From positions 1,426,001 through 1,490,000 of the forward strand of contig OX337228.1 of assembly GCA_946965045.2 (NCBI GenBank): a DNA stretch of 64,000 nucleotides, written 5' to 3'. The DNA is from Epithemia pelagica (taxonomy: Eukaryota > Protista > Bacillariophyta). The notes under the pieces are model-generated. The model saw nothing but the letters and a program-made list of their open reading frames with translations. It searched no databases and was not told the DNA's origin. The position numbers were made by a program, and so were the translations under genes. Shown here one piece after another: positions 1-9,840 of this stretch (within the stretch, counting starts at the first letter, position 1; every line of letters begins with the position of its first letter).

Positions 1-509
1 TCATTTGTTTGTTTCATACTGGTCACTCTGTGTCATTCATTTGCTCCACACAGCCTTCCAAAGTGTCTGATTGCAATAACAATGATGACTCTTCAACTGT
101 GGAAGAGTGCAATATGGATAGCAGTCCGAAGCACACCCCCAAAATGAAGGTTCTGTAAGAGGACACCTATTAGTGTATTCTTGAAAGGAGAAAATATTGA
201 CATGGCAACAAAACAAAAAGATTCTGCTGGAGACCAAGCAACTATTCCACCACTGGAAAGGAAAGCTCTCACCAAGATAAGTGCTCTAGTTACTAGGAGT
301 ACTCCCCTAGCTAGGCATTTTTATCATGGTAGCACAGGTAGTCTTATCTCCAGCGGATGCGCATACCTACCGTAGTTCCAGCAGAGACCTCTCCAGCGCA
401 CTCTAGCAGAGATGAGCTGTTGCGGGACCGACCTCTACTAGAGATCTTGGAACACACAAAATCAACAAATTCTTGAAAAAGGAACAATGGAGTTCCAATT
501 CAATTGCCA

Positions 510-842
510 CAAAAGTTCTGCAAATTGACTTTTTACTTTTTCAGAAAGAAAAGTCGACTTAAAGTCAGAAGTCAGAAACTAAGATATTATTGACTTCCAC
601 GATTCGAGATACGAGTAATGGTAGAAGTCGCAGCTCACGCTGACGTTGGAAGGTCATAGTTCAGAACTTGACTTCATGAAAGACGTTAAGTCAAAGTTGA
701 AAATGTTGTGCTGTCCAACTTGATTTCACTGAGAAAAGAGAAAAGTCATGGGATCTCGGCTGGAAATTGACTTGACTTTCATGAAAAAAGTTAAAAGTTG
801 TTAATTTAAGCTTAAAAGTGTAAAACAGTCAAGTAGAACTTC
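510..842. repeat. AAGTC/GACTT-rich element with imperfect terminal inverted repeats (possible decayed MITE)
   Basis: About a dozen AAGTC(A)/TGACTT motifs in 330 bp. Left end aagttctgcaaattgactttttac resembles the reverse complement of right end gtaaaacagtcaagtagaactt. No TSD recognised. Confidence 0.35.
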
Positions 843-1246
843 AACACTCAACACTCTGGTTGCGTTTTGCGTGATCACTGAACTCAGCCGTTCCATCCCG
901 AAGGGTACTGTTTCTCGTGGCAGCAAGTTTTCAGTTTGCGACTCGGTGTGACCATCCGCCCCACTTCTTACACAGACGAAAATAGTACTACGTAGGTTAA
1001 TGTACTGAGCCTACTTAGCCGAACATGGATCGGTCGGCTTACCCAGCCCTTACTGAACTCAGCCGTCCTATACCGCCTTGGCGGTTTCAATTGTTTTGGG
1101 TGCGCGGCTCCGTTCGTTGAAAAAGAAGCTGGCTCTTTTGTGTTGCTCCTTGCACTCGACGTAGCAGTATCGCCCACGATAGTCCGTGGTGGAATCATAT
1201 TTATTAAAGGTGCGCTCGGTGCGGCTTCCTTCCTCCGTTCGAGAAT

Positions 1247-1315
1247 CCTGAACCGTTGCATCCAGTGTCAGGTGCGTTCTCCTTTCAGCCCTGAACCGTT
1301 GCATCCACTGTCAGG
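1247..1315 (+). repeat. 26-bp direct repeat upstream of rhomboid gene 1
   Basis: cctgaaccgttgcatccagtgtcagg (1247-1272) and cctgaaccgttgcatccactgtcagg (1290-1315), 1 mismatch. Confidence 0.85.
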
Positions 1316-1424
1316 GCGGACCATCTTCTTCCACGAATTGATTTTCGAATGCACACAACAACACTCTACTCCCACCCTTTTGTCTCATCTCCTATCTGGT
1401 TGAAAAAGCTTCAAGAATCCAACA

Positions 1425-2666
1425 ATGGGTGGTGGAGACGAAGGCAGTCATGCGTCGTCGGCCTTTGAGAGCCTGGATGGCTACCGCCGTGTCTCCAAGA
1501 AACCCACCTCGAAAAATTCCAATGCCTCCAGTATTAGCACGAAATCTTCCAAACGAGCTTTTATGGACAAGGTGGAACTATTTCGCGACGAATTTTTCCA
1601 CGACGACAACAGCAGCAACGGAAGTAGTGCTAGTGGAACAAAGAAGTCGGCTCGTCGAGGATTCCGTGGCCAGAAGAAGTCCAAGAAATCACAAATGTCG
1701 ACATCGACGTCATCATATGGTGACGGCAGCCATTATAGCAGCTTTGATGACAAGCAACAGAACTTTGACGGCAATGAGGACGAGGAAGACGAAATTTACC
1801 TTGTCCGCCAAGATTGCGCCGTTTTGAGCTATGGGTTTTCGTTCGTCCAGACGATCATAATGGGGCTATTAATGTGGCAATGTGGTATGGCACCTATGAA
1901 CATCAACCCCATGGTTGGACCATATCCCGATGCTTTGTCCGAGTGGGGTGGCAAAAATGCCACGCTAATTGTAGATGACGGAGAATGGTGGCGCCTACTG
2001 ACTCCCATCTTTCTACATGCGGGATGGTTTCATTTAATGGGAAACGTCGCTGTGCAAGTCGAAGCGGGTGCATTTTTCGAAAAGGAATGGGGATCGGTCA
2101 GATGGTTGATTATTTATTTGGGATCCGCCGTTGCGTCCTCTACATTATCGGTCATTTGCATGCCGGAAGCTGTGTCAGTGGGTTCATCTGGTGCCGTGAT
2201 GGGCTTGTTTGGTGGAAAACTTGCGGAAGTCATTCTACGGTGTTGTGAACACACCGATACACCTGAAAAGCAGATGGGCTCCAAGGTACGGAGGGAGCAA
2301 TGTCTCACCGTGACCTGCTCGGTTGTCGTTGTCCTGGCGTTCTCCTTCATTCCCTACGTAGATTGGGCTGCCCATTTGGGTGGTTTGCTGGGAGGAATTG
2401 TCGTTGGCATTGGAGTTTTTGCTCTGGACTTGGAATACCGTTGTTGTCAACTTGTATGGTTCATTTTGGGATTGGCCATTTCCTTTGGTACCTACTTTGG
2501 CGCCGTATGGTACATGTACAACGGCGACGTGGATATTAGCGAGGATTTACGCGATGTCTGTGGATACTACAAACAACAGTTTGAGGATTATGAATGCAGA
2601 TGTATGGTGGAACAATATCGGAATGGCCAAGGGGGCGGAGCTGAAGGGGAAAATCGTTTCATGTAA
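1425..2666 (+). CDS. Rhomboid intramembrane serine protease (catalytic dyad intact)
   Basis: 413-aa ORF with EWWRLLTPIFLHAGWFHLMGN (WR loop, HxxxN), GSSG (catalytic Ser) and DWAAHLGG (catalytic His); Ser/Lys/Asp-rich N-terminal tail; no intron needed. Confidence 0.92.
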   Translation: MGGGDEGSHASSAFESLDGYRRVSKKPTSKNSNASSISTKSSKRAFMDKVELFRDEFFHDDNSSNGSSASGTKKSARRGFRGQKKSKKSQMSTSTSSYGDGSHYSSFDDKQQNFDGNEDEEDEIYLVRQDCAVLSYGFSFVQTIIMGLLMWQCGMAPMNINPMVGPYPDALSEWGGKNATLIVDDGEWWRLLTPIFLHAGWFHLMGNVAVQVEAGAFFEKEWGSVRWLIIYLGSAVASSTLSVICMPEAVSVGSSGAVMGLFGGKLAEVILRCCEHTDTPEKQMGSKVRREQCLTVTCSVVVVLAFSFIPYVDWAAHLGGLLGGIVVGIGVFALDLEYRCCQLVWFILGLAISFGTYFGAVWYMYNGDVDISEDLRDVCGYYKQQFEDYECRCMVEQYRNGQGGGAEGENRFM

Positions 2667-3123
2667 ATGCTTTGGTTCCTTGTCAGGCGCTAGACTCCTC
2701 TATTGCCAATTTCCAACATTTTTTACCGCTATAATCCTTGAGAGTCAGACTTCCCCAACCTACCTACTAGCTAGATGTACCTTTCATGTTTCCACAATGG
2801 GGCCTCTAGGAGTGCATTCTTGTAGGAGATCACAAGAAAATTTTTGAGACGAACAACCAACTCGTTCCGACTCGTGGGAGTCTGTTGTCTGTCTGTTGAG
2901 GACGCAGACAAAGAGAGGTGCCTACTGCCTACTTAAAATACATGCTATGTAATATAAGAGTTTGGTCTTGTTGCGCGTGCATCATGCTCTGTGCTTGCTC
3001 GCAGCGTATCCCCAACAGATCCAAAAAATAAAATTGGGTACACGTAACACGAATGTCTCGAATGTTTGGATTTGTTGTGGACGACGACCAGTCCATCAGT
3101 GTGCATGTTGACGCTTCCAGACG

Positions 3124-4446
3124 ATGAATCCAAGTATGCGTCGCGACGACGATGAAACCAGCAGTTATGCCTCGTCGGCCTTTGTGCCTCTTGAGGAATC
3201 TCACCGCGTCCCACACAGGGCCAAGAAAAACACTGTTGTGGCACGCCGCAAGAACCACAATCGCACCGGAAACCGACGACCATACTCCAATCGACGGTCC
3301 TCGCACGACGACGACAAGACGGAGCGTTTTCGTGACGAATTCTCGGATGATGATGATGATGATGATAGCACTGTCAGTGGAGACCATGATGAATCGTCTC
3401 ATAAACACGTTCGCCGATCCCAACCGCCACAAACGATGGCACCAACTATGACGAGATCGTCATCGTTCGTTTCAGACAATTCGACAGTACCACCACGAAG
3501 GGTACCAAATGCCGTAAGCCAAGACTATAGCAGTGGTGACAACGGCTACTCCTTTGATGACAGTACCTACTACATGGCGGAAGACGAAAACAAACAGAGG
3601 ATCTATGGTGAAAACAAGGAGGATGAAGGGGATTCTCACCACCAAGAATGTGCCGTTATGAGCTATGGCTTTTCCTTGGTTCAGATAAGCATCATGGGGC
3701 TATTGATGTGGCACTGTGGAATGGCTCCCATGAAGATAAACCCAATGCTGGGTCCGTTTCCAGATGCCTTGTCCGAATGGGGAGGAACAAATGCAGCACT
3801 CATTGTCGACGACGGAGAATGGTGGCGCATATTGACCCCAATCTTTCTACATGCTGGATTGTTTCATTTAATTGGAAATCTAGTTGTGCAAGTCGTTGCA
3901 GGGGCCGCCTTCGAGAAGGAATGGGGATCGTTCCGATGGTTGATCATTTATTTGGGATCCGCCGTCTCATCTTCTGTCTTGTCTGTTATTTGCATGCCTG
4001 AAAACGTGTCGGTATGTTCTTCGGGTTCCGTCATGGGTTTACTTGGTGCGAAACTGGCCGAACTTATTCTGAGGTGTTGTGAGCCCCTAGACACGCTTGC
4101 AAAGATGAAACACGCCCACACAAGGGGACTGCAATGTATGATCGTGCCCTGTTCCATTGTGGTTGTCATGACATTTTCTTTCATTCCCTTTGTTGCCTGG
4201 GCTGCACAAATTGGTGGTTTAATGGGAGGACTTATCATTGGTACGACCATGTTTGCCCTAAAATTGGAATACCCTTCTTGTCAGTGTGTGTGGTTTATTT
4301 TGGGACTGGTCGTTTCGATGGTGTTTTATTTTGTCATTATATGGTTTATGTTCTACGGCGACGTTGCTATCAATGAGAATCTGCGTGATGCGTGCGGATA
4401 CTACAAAGCACGATATGAGGACTACGAATGCACTTGTAGTTTCTAG
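3124..4446 (+). CDS. Rhomboid paralog, predicted catalytically inactive (His->Gln)
   Basis: 440-aa ORF collinear with gene 1 (WWRILTPIFLHAGLFHLIGN) but GSSG->CSSG and WAAHLGG->WAAQIGG. Confidence 0.88.
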   Translation: MNPSMRRDDDETSSYASSAFVPLEESHRVPHRAKKNTVVARRKNHNRTGNRRPYSNRRSSHDDDKTERFRDEFSDDDDDDDSTVSGDHDESSHKHVRRSQPPQTMAPTMTRSSSFVSDNSTVPPRRVPNAVSQDYSSGDNGYSFDDSTYYMAEDENKQRIYGENKEDEGDSHHQECAVMSYGFSLVQISIMGLLMWHCGMAPMKINPMLGPFPDALSEWGGTNAALIVDDGEWWRILTPIFLHAGLFHLIGNLVVQVVAGAAFEKEWGSFRWLIIYLGSAVSSSVLSVICMPENVSVCSSGSVMGLLGAKLAELILRCCEPLDTLAKMKHAHTRGLQCMIVPCSIVVVMTFSFIPFVAWAAQIGGLMGGLIIGTTMFALKLEYPSCQCVWFILGLVVSMVFYFVIIWFMFYGDVAINENLRDACGYYKARYEDYECTCSF

Positions 4447-4536
4447 GAAATGCACAAATTTAAGAACGGGGAAGCATTCAATTTAATCTAAAACCTTTAA
4501 CAAATATAAAGACATGTCTGGTCCCTTCCAGGGTTC

Positions 4537-7105
4537 TTATAGCTGAGGCTTTTGTTCATTCTCTACGTTTTCCACAAGTGTTTGCGTCGACGTAGGATGG
4601 AAATCCCTCTTGTGGCAGATCCAATCTATGGGTACGCATTGCGTTTTTTCCGACAAGATCTTTCTCCTGTTGTCCATGTCCTTATGTGTCCTCTCAGATC
4701 CGGTAGTCGCCGATACATTTCCGATAGTTTCGTTGTTTGCCTTGGACACTAGTGGCGGCAAAGCCCCAAGAGGACACCACTGGCAATCTCCATTGCACCA
4801 CTGCTGGCCATTGCCTTGGGGACACGATCCACAGGTATCGGCCAAGTGTCCCCCACAACTCACTTGGTCCACAACAGTCCTGTTGTTTTGCGGAGAAGAC
4901 GAGTACAAGGGTGTGTGTCGTCCGACCAATCGATACACGACATGTCGCTCAAACCATTCAAAACTCTCGCACCGATTGTCGTCGCGAATTCTTTCTTGTC
5001 GAGCAATTTCGGTATCATTGTTCAATGCCAACACCAGGTGCCGCCATTCAGGCGGCAAGCGATACGGGTCGGAAGATGGGACACCAAAGGCACTCGCATA
5101 ATAGTTGCGCATGGCTGTTGAGTTGGCACCCATCCAAACTCGAAGAATCCTCAAGTTGTTACGTGCCACCAGTCGCGTAAATTCATCCGCTCGATTTTTC
5201 CAATACAACCACTTGCCAGGGAGGCGCAAACCGTACTGATTCGCGATATACGTAGGAATTTTGGGTGGCCAGCGTCCTGTTTCCTTTGTATGTATCCGGT
5301 ACACGTGACTTGGATAATATCAAAAGAGGAACCAAAAACAGAAAAAAAGAGCAAGTCACATGGAAACAGACGGTCAGAACACCACAGTTTTTCCATGCAC
5401 TGTAGACCATGGATTGACACACTCCAGAATGGAACGACGTACCCAGCTCGACTACAGGGAACCACCACGACTCGTCCCGGTGGTTCGTGGGGTTGGTTGA
5501 ACCCGCAGCGCCAGACTTTCATGGCCAATTCCGTGTTTTCTCCACCCCACACTGCCAAGCCTTGGTCATATCCACCCAAACGCCAAAATTCGTCTCTTCG
5601 AATGGCAAACAAGGATCCCGGTGCAAAGGGAATTTCAAAGGGTTCCCGTGTGGATGGCGTTTCCGATGAGGCGCCATTGTCTCCAAATCGATTTGAGACG
5701 TAGGTGAAGAGAAATTTCTCATTGACAAAGCCCCAATGTTGAAGGTGACTCAATGACTTTTTTCGCCGATATCCGGGCCGGTCGTCCATAACGTCCAAGG
5801 TTTGCATGACCAAGGTTTTGGGATTCTCCAAAATGGGCAAGAGCAAATGCTGGGCCCAGGTACTGCTGTACATTTCCACATGACTATCAATGACGACCAC
5901 GACGTCGGCCGTGGCCTCTCGAATGGCTGCCAGCCGTGAACCGGCACATCCCAATCGATGAGGATTGCGAATGTATTTGATTTTGGACGGATGCAAGGCC
6001 AACAGGTTGTGAATCTCTGCTTCGTCATCCACGTACCCCTTTCGTTCCTCTTCACTCCCATTGTCATCGACCAAGATAATCTCCTGGAGGATTTGGGGTG
6101 GTGTCCGTGCCAAGAGTGAGTGTACGGTCAATGTCAACAACCCCTTGCGTTCTATACGACAGGACAAGTACCGTAGTGAGAATCCCAATAGACTGTCGAA
6201 ACCTAGAACACAAGAATCAGCACGTACGTACCATGTTGGAGCGGACAAACAATGGAAATGGTTGGAAATAAATCCAGGTCGGGGAACCGATAATTGTGAC
6301 AAATCGGATTGAAATTGGTTCTGGTGCTTTCCAGGGTTCGGAGTGTGGTGTAAATGGGATGATTGGCACTGGTGCTCGGGAGGAGCGATTTGTCGTCCGC
6401 CGACGATGCGTTGTTGGTACCGACGGCTCGTGCAGGGGAAATGGGTGTGGAAAAGAAAATGGATCGATTCGTTTGGTGATCCAGGGGTTGAAAGGGTTGA
6501 TAGTCCACCAAGGTATGGTTCTGAGATTGTTCTACCAAGTCACGAATGTGTGGATCTTGATAAATGCGATCAAAGGCGTCCCAATCGGGCTCGTCGTCAA
6601 TATACCAGGCATCATGAAACACTTCGTAGGGATTCTTTTGGTTCTCTGTCGTCGTCGTTGTCGTAGTAATAGTCGTTGATGTTTGTTCTGGAGCTTCTTG
6701 TGGAACCACTTTTTTGGAAATGTTCGTGTCCATTTCCCGGTTTCTTTCATTGGCAATGGGCAAGGACCAGGCGGAGGTCCACACGGCATGATTCATGGGC
6801 GGAGGAGCATTATTACTTTTTGTATCAATCTGTCGGTGGTGGTGGACGGAACTCAAGGAGGCGTGAAAGGTCCAAATCAACGAAAAGGTTGACAAAAAGG
6901 CTGTCATGGCAATTAGTACGGGCCAGGAACAGGACAGGAACCAACCAGCATGAGTCGGGTGGAATTGTTTGTTGTGGAACGCCGTGCTGCTGGTCGTCCA
7001 TTGGGCACGTCGTCGTTGGTGCCGTATCATGGCTGCCGCTTCGGAGGTTGTCTCGCGACAAAGTGTCCGGTTCACATTACCACCATGCTTCTTCCCAATC
7101 ATCAT
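4537..7105 (-). CDS. Polypeptide N-acetylgalactosaminyltransferase-like glycosyltransferase (GT-A fold, GT27-like), 3 exons
   Basis: Type II TM near N-terminus, then a T/Q-rich stem. Spliced motifs [13 protein letters not shown]...[19 protein letters not shown] (DxH), [27 protein letters not shown]. Inferred GT-AG introns 6152-6231 and 5309-5442 restore the frame. Confidence 0.85.
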
Positions 7106-7433
7106 CCTATCTTGTATTGGTGCGCAAGCAAAAGAGCCTCGACACGACACGTCTTTTGGAGTATCTTGACCCGGTTCTTTTTGTTGTTTTCAATTTGGTC
7201 AAAATGATGAAGCCGAGCATCAAGGAAAAAAATGTAAACATTGTTTGCAATGACACCGACCATGATCCGTGGTGCAACCGTTGTTTCGTTGGTGAATCGC
7301 CACGCGCTGCTATGAAGGCACAGCTGGCGCGCCGAGAGGGGGGCTCCGATATATGCGACCAAAGTGAGACAAAAAAGATACGGGAAAGATACCCTGGCCC
7401 CATTTTTTGGTCTTTTCCAAAACATCATGTTGA

Positions 7434-7690
7434 CACTGCTTCAAGTACCAAAATGGTCATGGTGTCTCAGTTGGTCCACTGGTTCTGCTCAAAGGGAAAT
7501 CGGTGTGTGCTTCCGTCATCCATGGTTCCAACAATGCTCACCCAGAGCCCCACTGCGGTTCATTTCCCCAAAATCTGGTGAAATGCATTCAAACACACGT
7601 TGGCACTGCTTCAAGTCCCAAAATGGTCATGAAACTCATGTTTACCCCCAGGTTCCGCTCAAAGGGAAAGTGCCGTGGTATCGGGCATCC
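7434..7690 (+). repeat. Diverged ~170-bp tandem duplication
   Basis: cactgcttcaagt(a/c)ccaaaatggtcatg at ~7434 and ~7604; ggttc(t/c)gctcaaagggaaa at ~7481 and ~7651. Confidence 0.7.
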
Positions 7691-7933
7691 ATCATTCAAA
7701 ATGACTTATTTTTACCTGTACTTAATACTGACAATCATTTGCCAACTAACGTACGCTGACTTTCGTTGTTTCTTTTCAAATCGCTCAAAACTTTCGTCTA
7801 CTTCCTCCACAAGCCCAACCGAGGAAGAAACCGGCAAAGACAGGGAAGTAACAAATGGGTTTCGCACGACAAACTTGGTTGAATCTTCCAGCAAAATAGC
7901 GGTCGTCTTTTACGTCTAAGCCATGACACGCCC

Positions 7934-9418
7934 TTAAGGCTGCGTGCGGACTTGTTTGATAGTCGCATGCTCCATTTGTATTTCACACCCTGCCCAATCA
8001 TTTGAGAAGTATAGCACACAGAGATCTTGTCTTGCTTTTTCGGCGCCTGTTTCTCTGGGCCCTCGTATGTCCACGACGAGGTGCTTCTTCGTCGGAAGGG
8101 TGCGGTACTTGCCTGTAAGAGGGTGGAATCGTTTCCGATGCTCTGTCAGGCCACGGCCGAGAACCAGGAGCTCAACGGCCCACTGGATACTGTCGTTGAT
8201 GTAGAAGTCGATGAAACCTTTCTTGTCATCCCCGAGAAAACCAGGGGCCTTTGTTCTGTATTCTGGTTTGAACGACGCCATGGTGGGAAGCATGGCCGTG
8301 AATGCTTCGTTAAACAAATGCTGAAAACTGGTTTCCACAGGAAAATGACCGTCTTGAACGCAGGATCTCAGCCTAGCGGCCGACAGCAACTGAACTGCCC
8401 CCTCAATTAGTTCTTCGAGACTGTTGGGGAGTGCAAGCGCCCGATTGGGAAAGTGCACGGTGTTGTAAAACCAGTGCGCAGCCTGGCAAGTGAAAGTGCC
8501 TTGTAATGTCAGGACTCCAGCTCGGACCATCGGCAGCAAGTGCTCCGGAAAAGCGTCCAAGCGAAGCGAACCCAACAAAACATCACTAACGCCCTGTCTG
8601 AGCATCGCGTCTTTGATCGTGTCGCTGTTGATTGCAAAGCAGCGATCGAACCCTTGAAGAAAGTCTTGCTTCCGAAGGCGTTCTTGGGCAGCCAGACCAG
8701 AGAAAACACAGCTCGGCAGTTTCCATAAACGCTCCAAATCGAGCATGCAACGCAAGACAACCCCAATGTGAAATTCAGGTTCTTTATTTCCATTGTCTAT
8801 GAGACTCATTTCTTTCACCGAGTTCCAATAATCGATCCAGTCGTGCTGATTAAAGTCGATCTCGAAATTGAAGCAAAAGCGCCGAATCAATTCCGTGATC
8901 TCGCTCTCGCAGAAATTGAAAAAGACATGCGGGAGAAGTCTAATCGATGCAGGAGACCCGAGGGTAGAGAAGTCATGAGTTGCGGCAATAATCACCTTGA
9001 TATTGGGATTAACTGCCACATCCTTCACGAGGAATTCCCAAAACTCATCGTATGCGTACCCTCGTTGGGCGTCATCCACCATAATCCAACAGCGTTCAAC
9101 CTTCTTAAGCTTCGTTGCATCTATTGTTGGGATGCCCCAAGATTCAATCACGGAAAGCATCGCCTCTGAACCTCTTTTTGGCAGACAACGAAAGACTCGT
9201 TCGTTTTCGTCTTTAAGTTTTCGCGCCAACAACGACAGAACGCTCGTCTTGCCCCTCGCTGGCGGAGACGATATAACAACATGCTGCTTCGTGTTCAGTT
9301 CTTCCAAGATAGCTTCAACGAAACCTTGCCGGTCGACATACAAGCCTGTCGAAAGGTTGATATCATCTTGCTGCAGCGTCTTGCGTGCCATTCCTTCAAA
9401 CCACAAGTTGATCGACAA
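7934..9418 (-). CDS. Crinkler-type P-loop NTPase fused to a C-terminal PD-(D/E)xK restriction-endonuclease-fold domain (CR-NTPase + CR-REase)
   Basis: 494 aa, intronless. Walker A SSPPARGKTS, Walker B IMVDDAQ; C-terminal FQHLF..PE..GFIDFYI..WAVELL..EH..RF pattern recalled from CRN-family REase domains. Confidence 0.7.
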   Translation of the reverse strand: MSINLWFEGMARKTLQQDDINLSTGLYVDRQGFVEAILEELNTKQHVVISSPPARGKTSVLSLLARKLKDENERVFRCLPKRGSEAMLSVIESWGIPTIDATKLKKVERCWIMVDDAQRGYAYDEFWEFLVKDVAVNPNIKVIIAATHDFSTLGSPASIRLLPHVFFNFCESEITELIRRFCFNFEIDFNQHDWIDYWNSVKEMSLIDNGNKEPEFHIGVVLRCMLDLERLWKLPSCVFSGLAAQERLRKQDFLQGFDRCFAINSDTIKDAMLRQGVSDVLLGSLRLDAFPEHLLPMVRAGVLTLQGTFTCQAAHWFYNTVHFPNRALALPNSLEELIEGAVQLLSAARLRSCVQDGHFPVETSFQHLFNEAFTAMLPTMASFKPEYRTKAPGFLGDDKKGFIDFYINDSIQWAVELLVLGRGLTEHRKRFHPLTGKYRTLPTKKHLVVDIRGPRETGAEKARQDLCVLYFSNDWAGCEIQMEHATIKQVRTQP

Positions 9419-9462
9419 ACGAAGTCGCGAGAAATTTCTTTTTGTGGGGGTATGTTATTGGG

Positions 9463-9580
9463 CGCGCGGAGCATGGGCGGAGCATGGATATGGGAGCAAT
9501 GCATGCTCCACGATCCACGATGCATGCTCCGCGCGTCTATATTATCGGTCGGTGGGCGGATGTAGAGATGCGGAGCATGC
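9463..9580. repeat. GGAGCATG motif cluster / inverted repeat upstream of the NTPase-REase gene
   Basis: Perfect 13-bp inverted repeat cgcgcggagcatg (9463-9475) / catgctccgcgcg (9523-9535); further GGAGCATG or CATGCTCC copies at ~9479, ~9502, ~9572. Confidence 0.75.
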
Positions 9581-9650
9581 GCGACGCGCGCGCTGAAAAT
9601 CCTCGACCGTCAATATTGGTCACGCACGAAGGACGGACTTGGTATAACTA

Positions 9651-9818
9651 CCGTAAATTGCGGAACTTAAAGAACCGCCGCTTATAAGCACCATTTGCCA
9701 TTTGGGCCATTTCGTAGGACATCGTACTAGGGCCACCCTAATGTTAATGTCCGGAAGATAAGCACCATTTTGCCTAAAAGGAGGACATTTGGTGGTTCTT
9801 AAGTTACGCAATTTACGG
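9651..9818. mobile_element. 168-bp MITE, Tc1/mariner-like (TA target duplication)
   Basis: TIRs ccgtaaattgcggaacttaaagaaccgcc / ggtggttcttaagttacgcaatttacgg (~28 bp, 2 mismatches + 1 indel), flanked by TA at 9649-9650 and 9819-9820; internal direct repeat ataagcaccattt. Confidence 0.8.
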
Positions 9819-9840
9819 TAGGGTCTTAAATCGAGTTCTA

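Noticed and set aside
6203-6231. Apparent 29-nt GT-AG intron in the glycosyltransferase
   Set aside because: The 80-nt intron 6152-6231 restores the conserved QHE..TVHSLL motif; the short one leaves a non-homologous insert
7700-9650. Terminal inverted repeats around the NTPase-REase gene
   Set aside because: Looked for but not found, so mobility of that module remains a hypothesis
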